From Felis catus (taxonomy: Eukaryota), in NCBI RefSeq assembly GCF_018350175.1, contig NC_058369.1, positions 13,702,001 through 13,766,000 of the forward strand: a DNA stretch of 64,000 nucleotides, written 5' to 3'. Numbering within the stretch: position 1 is the first letter of the stretch; every line of letters begins with the position of its first letter. Of this stretch, positions 61,501 through 64,000 are shown in pieces. The position numbers and the translations under genes were made by a program. The notes beneath the pieces were generated by a model. That model did not search any database. It saw nothing but the letters and a program-made list of their open reading frames with translations, and had not been told where the DNA came from.

Positions 61501-62634
61501 TCAACATGGAGGCAAAAGTCCTCGGGATCTGAAGGCCCAGACTTGGGCAACTGCCAGTCCAATCTGACTGAGCTATGGCAGAGGGGCCAATCAAAGCCCT
61601 TTCCTCAGGAGCTGTATCCCATCAGCACCAGGGCAGAATCGCAGACCCAGGAATGGGAGAGCTGGCACAGGGAGAGGGAGAGGAGAGTGAGAGGGGAACA
61701 GGAGTGGGGGAACCGGCAGGACCTCTGGTCTGCTGAAAGTGACAAAAGGCCATGGGACAACCAGGGGAAGCTTGGGTTGTGAAGGACAACGCGAATGAGC
61801 AGAGGAAGTGACAGGGCAGCCAAGCAGGTTACCAAGTCCACAAAGAGCATATGTGATGGGATGGTGACTGTGGTTTGGCGTGTGGTCCAGATGCCTGCCC
61901 TCGGGGAAGCGAGGCCAGGACAAGTGCGGGTGGTGGCAGGGTTGAGGGGAGTGAGTGTAAGGCCAGGCAACGTTGCCGAAGTCTCATCCTGCACTGGGAA
62001 CACCTGGGGCAGGACGGGCCCCAGCAGCTACACACATGGGGAATAGAAGCACAGAGAAAGAATCGAAAGGATGCAGGAAGTGGGTGTCCGTGTAGAGCAA
62101 AGCCTCAGGGGCCCAGGTAGACTCTGCAAGCAGAAGCGTGCTTAACTCAGGTATGGATTTTGAACAAGCTGTAGGAAAAGGAGATGGCCCAGCTTCTGGG
62201 GTGACACTCGTCCCTACTCCCCACCAGCAGAAATACCCCAAGGCCCAGTTTTCCTTCCTGCCATGGGGCCATGGCTTCAAGAACTGCTATGCATGGGGTT
62301 TTCTTCGGGGCGTGAACAACCTAAAAAAGAACTGAGCAGACAGGTGGCTGGGGTCACCTTCAGCGTGGTCACGGGCATCGAAGATGCTGACCCTGACTTC
62401 TGCACACCAACCAGTTCAAGCTTCCAAGGACGGTAGGTGCTGCTGGTAAGTCGAGTGTTTCCTGGCGAGGCTGATCCCTAAGCTGGCCCATGCAGAGAGA
62501 AGAGCACCATGCTGGCCCAGGCGAAAGCCAAGTGCCTTGGGTTTACATGAGTCCTGGCAGCTCACTCAGCAGAACAGGGAATACGAGCCCGGAACTGCAC
62601 AAAGCTCCAGAGCCGAGATTCCTACTGACCCCAC

Positions 62635-62690
<56 letters not shown>

Positions 62691-63985
62691 CTGGCCATTC
62701 CCCTTCTGGGGAGCTCAGTGTGGCCAATGCCCTCAGGGTCTGAGAACAGCAGCCAGTTAGTGAGAGGCTCTGAAGGACGGGAGGACAGGAACAGTCTTGC
62801 AGTGAGTGTCCCTCGTGTGCCCCTTGCCACCTCCAAGCACTTGGGTAGGTAAACTTGACCATTTCAACAGTGGTCAACTCAAGACATATTTAGCTGGGGC
62901 AACAGCAGACCCCAGAGAGGGGAGGGGGGCAGGGGGGGGGCTTCTGCTGAAAACCTCTCCTCTCAGTCTCCCCAAGACCTCTGGACAGCCGGAGCCATGA
63001 CCCTAGGCTGGCCTAGAAGCAGGTACTGGCTTGGGGAGGAGTGCCCTGCAGGGCTGACGAGAAACTCCGGGTTCACCTAGAGCAGCCCCAAATCGGCTCT
63101 GCTTTCTACACACAATTAGTGCTTTAAACAGCTGAACTTCAAAACACACACACACACACCTCATAAATAACTCCAAGTCCCTGAGAAATCACTTAAGGAC
63201 TAATTAGTGTATCAGCCTGCTCTGAAAGCCGCTTCACAGCCCGGCTCCCAAGTCAGGCATCAATTGAGAAGGAAATCATTAATTGCGTGCCTGAGCCAGG
63301 CAGGGGCCTACTTAACCACTCCTCCCCTGGGCCACCAAGGCCACTCCTGACCTCAGGTCCCAATTAATCTGAGAGGGAATGTGTTTAATTAATGCTACTT
63401 AATCATGTCTGTGGGGAGTTTTGTTTTGCTTTGTTTCTCTCTGCTTCAAGATCTCGAGAGGTTCTTCTTAAGAAAGAAGTGGCCTACAGCAGAAGCCTGT
63501 GGGGGTGTGCAGGTTTGGGAAGGGAGCCTGATGGGAAAGGAAAGGAGGCACTGGGATAAGCTGGGTGGACTGAATCCTTCTGTCTGGGCATTCTGGTGTT
63601 CCGGACAGTGACTTGTGCCCTCCACTCCACCCAGCAGGGGCTGGCCTTTCCCCCGACAAGGGGCCACGGTGGGCTGCCCGGGCACCGTGGCATCCCAGGC
63701 AGCGGGGAAAGACTGCCAGAGAGTCTCCATGGATCCTTCCATCCTGCTCAAGGGCCCTGTGGCCTTCAGAACCACACAAGGCCACCCCAGCATCCTCAGG
63801 AGGAGATCTGCCCCAGAACCAAGGTGTGGGGACAGGCCCAGAGATGGGAGGCGGCATTACCGGACCAGCATCCGCTTCAGCAGCTGCTGGTCCCCTTCCG
63901 AGTAGCCAGGCCAGTCCTTCTGCACATCCTTATACACACAGTCCTTCAGTGTGCATGTGCCATCCTTGGCATTCACGTTGGCCAC
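49529..63985 (-). CDS. ELL: RNA polymerase II elongation factor ELL, 3' portion (365 aa; last 7 coding exons; 5' exons off-window)
   Basis: Exons 63985-63861, 56386-56290, 55137-54663, 52149-52083, 51835-51664, 50378-50334, 49645-49529 (1098 nt, phases consistent). [12 protein letters not shown] basic tract and occludin-homology C-terminus ...[18 protein letters not shown]. Confidence 0.97.
56787..56963 (+). mobile_element. Can-SINE in ELL intron
   Basis: GGGCGCCTGGGTGGCTCAG head, TG/CT tract, A tail; flanking AATCATTC duplication. Confidence 0.93.
58150..59000 (+). mobile_element. Old L1 (L1MB-like) 3' fragment
   Basis: AATAGACATTTCTCCAAAGAAGATACACAAATGGCC, ATGCAAATCAAAACCACAATGAGATA and L1MB-like 3' UTR. 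Confidence 0.85.
59051..59205 (+). mobile_element. Can-SINE nested in L1, runs into N-gap
   Basis: GGGGCGCCTGGGTGGCTCAGTCGGTTGAACGTCC head. Confidence 0.93.
59206..59379. other. Assembly gap (N run)
   Basis: 174 N. Confidence 1.
59530..59748 (+). mobile_element. Full-length Can-SINE nested in L1
   Basis: Complete head, CT tract and A tail; TSD AAACTCAA at 59522-59529 and 59749-59756. Confidence 0.95.
62637..62688 (+). repeat. (AC)26 microsatellite
   Basis: Perfect tandem read directly. Confidence 0.97.
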
Positions 63986-64000
63986 CTGTAAGAAGGACCA

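Overview
Mammalian genomic DNA from a felid (young cat-type Can-SINEs), GC-rich, syntenic with the human 19p13.11 block. Gene order: GDF15 (+, complete, 2 exons, 309 aa), LRRC25 (-, complete, 2 coding exons, 307 aa), SSBP4 (+, 16 coding exons visible; exons 1 and 17 inferred to lie in N-gaps), ISYNA1 (-, complete, 10 coding exons, 557 aa) and the 3' part of ELL (-, last 7 coding exons; gene continues past the right edge). A decayed LSM2 processed pseudogene lies in SSBP4 intron 1. Repeats: Can-SINEs, nested L1s, L2/MIR remnants, a probable MER21-type LTR, microsatellites. Four N-gaps. The least explained signal is at the left edge: bases 1-417 are a roughly 90%-identical copy of the 3' part of the GDF15 intron that ends exactly at the splice acceptor and continues into unrelated, exon-like sequence. 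This suggests a partial GDF15 duplicate or chimeric unit extending off-window. Other points of interest: a composite ATF4/CHOP element and a CTCF-like site in the GDF15 intron, AT-to-GC-biased decay of the LSM2 retrocopy, RFX X-box clusters around SSBP4, a CGCGAGA array, SSBP4 uORFs and a TOP-like ISYNA1 start. Gene and repeat identities are from recognition of remembered sequences, not database searches. All regulatory calls are motif-level only. No prokaryote-type system is present.
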